Assembly (NCBI GenBank): GCA_963825055.1 | Contig: CAWGSK010000002.1 | Span: 32,001 to 96,000 of the forward strand | Length of the DNA: 64,000 nucleotides | Direction of reading: 5' to 3' | From: an uncultured Gemmatimonadales bacterium | GTDB taxonomy: Bacteria > Gemmatimonadota > Gemmatimonadetes > Gemmatimonadales > GWC2-71-9 | Shown here: positions 60,615 to 64,000 of the stretch, piece by piece | Position numbering within the stretch: position 1 is the first letter of the stretch | Layout of the letters: each line of letters begins with the position of its first letter | The notes under the pieces: model-generated | Database searches by the model: none | What the model was told of the DNA's origin: nothing | Seen by the model: the letters and a program-made list of their open reading frames with translations, nothing else | Program-made: the position numbers and the translations under genes

Positions 60615-61747
60615 AGGGGCCGGTCGTAGAACCGGTAGGTCTTGTAGACCGAAAAGCCCATCTTTTCGAGGCCGGCATTCATGGCGGGGTTGTCTTCCAG
60701 GATCCAGCCCGCCTCGCCCCAGTGGATGTTGTAGTCCTCGCTCTTGGTCCAGATCCAGTTGTAGAGCATCGCGTCAATGCCCTTCCCGCGGTACTCGGGA
60801 AGGATGCCGAGCAGGAGGATGCGGAGGCGGGGGATCTTCCGTCGCTTGAGTGCCCAGAGCAGCTCGAGCGCCGCCGGGAGCATGCGCCCCGAGCGGTGCT
60901 TGCGGAAGACGACATTGAAATCGGGGAGGCAGAGGCCGAAGCCGACCACCTTTCCGTCCACCTCCGCGAACGGAACGAGGTCAGGGTTCACCACCGGCTT
61001 GAACTGCTCGGCGAGGTGGTCGATCTCGTGGTCGGTCATGGGAACGAAGCCCCAGTTGCTTTCCCATGCGGCGTTGTACAGCCGCTTGACCGTTTCGACC
61101 TCCTCCTTGAACCGCCTGATGTTCAGGGGCCGCAGCGTCACCCCCAGCCGCTTGCGCATGAGCTCGGTGCCGCGGGTCAGGCGCTCAGGCATGGGGATGT
61201 GGTGCGACTCCTCCCCGCCCTGGTAGACCAGCAGGTTCTTGGCGGCGGAAAACCCGGCCCGTTCGACCAGGTCAACATAGTACGGCGGGTTGTGCGGCAT
61301 CATCACTGCGGGCGGCTTGTCGAACCCATCCACCAGGAGGCCGCACTCGTCGTTCACGGAGAAGGAGGCCGGGCCCCGCAGCACATCGTGCCCGTGCGCC
61401 CGGCACCACTCGGCTGCGCGGTCCAGCAGGGCATCCGCCACGGCCTGGTCGTCGATGGACTCGAAGAACCCGAAGAAGCCGACCTGGTCCTGGTGGACCT
61501 CGTTGTGCAGCCGGTTGGTGATGGCGGCGATGCGGCCGACGACCGTACCTTCGCGCTCGGCGAGGAAGTACTCCGCCTCGCCGTGCTCGAAAAAGGGATT
61601 CCTGGTCCGGGAGAGGAGGGTCTTCACGTCCCGACGCAGCGGCGGGACCCAGAGCGGGTCCCGCGCATGCAGCCGGTAGGGCAGGTCAATGAACTGCCTG
61701 AGGTCGCGGGCGGACTCGACGGCCCGGACCCGGATCGGCGGGGTCAG
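60611..61747 (-). CDS. GNAT-like N-acyltransferase, candidate bacterial ceramide synthase (bCerS-like); start uncertain (CTG overlapping the spt stop)
   Basis: FIDLPY.L...DPLWVPPL, GRIAA, GFFGFFE, SVNDECGLLVDGF, MPHNPPYY, WGFVP, EAGWILEDN..M. Confidence 0.8.
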   Translation of the reverse strand: MTPPIRVRAVESARDLRQFIDLPYRLHARDPLWVPPLRRDVKTLLSRTRNPFFEHGEAEYFLAEREGTVVGRIAAITNRLHNEVHQDQVGFFGFFESIDDQAVADALLDRAAEWCRAHGHDVLRGPASFSVNDECGLLVDGFDKPPAVMMPHNPPYYVDLVERAGFSAAKNLLVYQGGEESHHIPMPERLTRGTELMRKRLGVTLRPLNIRRFKEEVETVKRLYNAAWESNWGFVPMTDHEIDHLAEQFKPVVNPDLVPFAEVDGKVVGFGLCLPDFNVVFRKHRSGRMLPAALELLWALKRRKIPRLRILLLGILPEYRGKGIDAMLYNWIWTKSEDYNIHWGEAGWILEDNPAMNAGLEKMGFSVYKTYRFYDRPL

Positions 61748-62949
61748 ATGACCCCCAGTTCGCGTCCGATCCGGGCAAAGGTCTCGAGGCAGTAGTCGAT
61801 CTGGTCGAAGCTGTGCGTCGCCATGAGGCTCGTGCGGAGCCGGCATTGCGAGGCCGCGACCGCCGGGGGGGCCACCGGGTTGGTGAACACGCCGGCATCG
61901 AACAGCTTCCGCCACATCACGAAGGTCTTCTCCAGCGGGCCGATGAGGACGGGGACGATCGGGGTCTGCGTTGGCCCGATCTCGAAACCGAGGCTCCGGA
62001 AGCCTTCCTGCAGGCGATGGGTATTGGCCCAGAGCTGCGTGCGCCGCTCCGGTTCCTGCTGCAGGACCTCCAGGGCGGCGAGCACACCGGCGGTATTGGC
62101 CGGGGGAAGCGACGCCGTGAAGATCAGCGGCCGGCTGTGGTGCCGCAGGTAGTGGATGATGTTCTCGGTGGCGACCACGAACCCGCCGATGGAGGCCAGG
62201 GACTTGGAGAACGTCCCGGCGATCAGGTCGACATCGTCGGTCATGCCGAAGTGGGCGGCCGTGCCGTCGCCCTTCGGGCCCAGGACGCCGATGGAATGCG
62301 CGTCGTCGATCGCGAGGGCGGCGCCATGGCGGCGGGCAGCTGCCGAGAGCCCGGGCACGTCGGCGATGTCGCCCTCCATGCTGTAGACACCGTCCACGAT
62401 GATCATCGAGCCGCCGTTGGGGCGCTCGCGCTCGAGCTTCCGCTCGAGGCCGGCCAGGTCGCCATGATTGAACCGGACGGTCTCTCCGTAGGACATCTTC
62501 GCGCCATCGACGATGGAAGCGTGGTCGAGCTTGTCCAGGAAGACCAGGTCACCCCGGCCGACCAGGCCCGAGATCAGGCCGAGGTTGGCGGAGTACCCGG
62601 TGGAGAAGACGAGGCAGGCTTCCTTGCCGAGGAACGTCGCGATCGCGTCTTCCAGCTGGCCGTGCAGGTCCAGCGTGCCATTCAGGAAGCGACTGCCGGT
62701 GCAGCCTGAACCGTAGCGCGTAAGCGCACGCTGGGCCGCCTCGAGGACCTTCGGATGATGCGTCAGGCCGAGGTAGTTGTTCGACCCCAGCATGATGCGC
62801 TTCTGGCCTTCGATCGTGACGACCGTGTCCTCGGACTCGCTGATCGGCTTGAAGTACGGATAGAGCCCAGCCGCCTGTACTTCGCGCGCTTTCGTGAACA
62901 GCCTGCACTTCTCAAAGAGCGCTACCTGTTGGAGCGTTTGGGTATCCAC
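61744..62949 (-). CDS. spt: Serine palmitoyltransferase (PLP-dependent alpha-oxoamine synthase family)
   Basis: LYPYF N-terminus, MLGSNNYLGL, GSRFLNGT, DHASI, DDAHSIG, GTFSKSLASIGG; AGAGGT RBS before GTG. Confidence 0.82.
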   Translation of the reverse strand: MDTQTLQQVALFEKCRLFTKAREVQAAGLYPYFKPISESEDTVVTIEGQKRIMLGSNNYLGLTHHPKVLEAAQRALTRYGSGCTGSRFLNGTLDLHGQLEDAIATFLGKEACLVFSTGYSANLGLISGLVGRGDLVFLDKLDHASIVDGAKMSYGETVRFNHGDLAGLERKLERERPNGGSMIIVDGVYSMEGDIADVPGLSAAARRHGAALAIDDAHSIGVLGPKGDGTAAHFGMTDDVDLIAGTFSKSLASIGGFVVATENIIHYLRHHSRPLIFTASLPPANTAGVLAALEVLQQEPERRTQLWANTHRLQEGFRSLGFEIGPTQTPIVPVLIGPLEKTFVMWRKLFDAGVFTNPVAPPAVAASQCRLRTSLMATHSFDQIDYCLETFARIGRELGVI

Positions 62950-63222
62950 AATACCTCTGGCTGATTTAAGGGCTGCTCGGACCGCTCGACATTGAGCCAC
63001 ATCAGTTTAGCCATCGGCGAGCAGGGGCACAAGGTTTTGCACGCCTCAAATATGTCCTGTACCGGGGACAGAATTTATATCCGGTTTACCGAATATGGGC
63101 GTGTTCCGTGCCAGCGGCCCTCTGCCGGACGTCCTGAGAGTGTTGACACCTGTTTGAGCGGGCAGGGTTTTCCTACATTCCCTGAGCAGGCTTTGCTTTC
63201 CAATTGACATGTGGAGCCCCGG

Positions 63223-64000
63223 ATGGATCCGTTGCGACGACTTGCCATCGCTGCCGTTTTCTGTGTCCCGGTCTTCCTGCCCGCGGCGGCCCGTGCCCAG
63301 CGTCCGGGCGCCGAGATCGGCCGGTTCGAGGTGCCCGGCATGGACTTCCGGGCGCACGGAGCCTGGCGGGACAAGGTCGCGCGGGTCCGCGAGGCGCGCG
63401 CCGCCCTGCTGGCATCCCGCTCCTTCGGTCAGTTGAACGCCTCGGCCGGCGTCCCCGGGGCGTTCCAGGTCACCGGCTCGTATAATGTGCCCGTGGTACT
63501 GGTCCAGCCGGCCGGTACGGGCGCAGCTCCCTTCCCGGTCACGCTGTATCAGCAACTCCTCTTCGGTGCGGGACCACTCCCCGGGCTGGCGTACTCGCTC
63601 AAGACGTTCTACGAGGATTTGTCGAACGGACTGATCACGATGGACGGCACCGTCTTCGACTGGATCCACTTGTCCCAGTCCGACACTTACTACGAGGACG
63701 GGTGCAACGGGATCGGGGTGAACAACAGTTGCCCCAACGGCGGGGCTCGGTTTGCGGAGATGCTGGTGGAAGCGCTTGACAGCGTGTCCCGCCGGAGTGA
63801 CTCGGCCACGGTCTGGGCCTCGTACGACAACGACGGACCGGACGGCGTCCCCAACTCGGGTGACGACGACGGGATCGTGGACTTCGTGACTTTTCTCCAG
63901 CCGGAGGTCGATGGAGCCTGTGGTACCGCGCACATCTGGGCCCACCGCTACGTGATGCGGGGCTGGCTTGGGGGCTCGCCCTACCAGACCCGGACGCCGA
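63223..64000 (+). CDS. Secreted M6 family (immune inhibitor A-like) metalloprotease, 5' part; runs off the window
   Basis: Own translation (absent from the ORF track): signal peptide MDPLRRLAIAAVFCVPVFLPAAARAQ, SLKTFYEDLSNG, YDNDGPDGVPNSGDDDGIVD, IWAHR. Confidence 0.8.
   Translation, partial: MDPLRRLAIAAVFCVPVFLPAAARAQRPGAEIGRFEVPGMDFRAHGAWRDKVARVREARAALLASRSFGQLNASAGVPGAFQVTGSYNVPVVLVQPAGTGAAPFPVTLYQQLLFGAGPLPGLAYSLKTFYEDLSNGLITMDGTVFDWIHLSQSDTYYEDGCNGIGVNNSCPNGGARFAEMLVEALDSVSRRSDSATVWASYDNDGPDGVPNSGDDDGIVDFVTFLQPEVDGACGTAHIWAHRYVMRGWLGGSPYQTRTP

Noticed and set aside
61744..62949. BioF or Kbl annotation for the PLP enzyme
   Set aside because: The GTFSKS motif and bCerS-like/SDR neighbours favour SPT, and there are no bio or tdh genes nearby. 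Not fully excluded without a phylogeny.

Overview
GC-rich bacterial chromosome segment of mostly core genes. Gene repertoire and style suggest Gemmatimonadota, which is an inference and not established from a marker gene. No rRNA, tRNA, CRISPR array, transposase, integrase or phage gene was seen. The window holds: a sigma-70 factor; TCA genes (acnA, gltA); an operon of PIG-L deacetylase, Fe3+-type ABC transporter and MFS; infA and a csp gene; a signalling cluster (degenerate HD protein, GGDEF cyclase, CGNR-type Zn finger, tandem pseudokinase-kinase); queE/queC/queF; speA; peptidases; acyl-CoA dehydrogenase with a TetR regulator; a doubly frameshifted Ser/Thr kinase; dinB; modBC-like genes; pilT; a complete alternative complex III operon (actABCDEF); an ECF sigma/anti-sigma pair; a blue-copper lipoprotein; and the start of an M6 metalloprotease. 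Best candidates for new biology are (1) a translationally coupled ceramide operon (spt, bCerS-like, CerR-like) extended by an AUR1/IPC-synthase-like PAP2 gene, (2) the pseudokinase-kinase/c-di-GMP operon, and (3) ACIII with a nearby lipid-anchored cupredoxin. Intergenic DNA carries many 7- and 8-mer tandem repeats, and several genes appear leaderless. All calls come from motif recognition by eye; no database searches were run.
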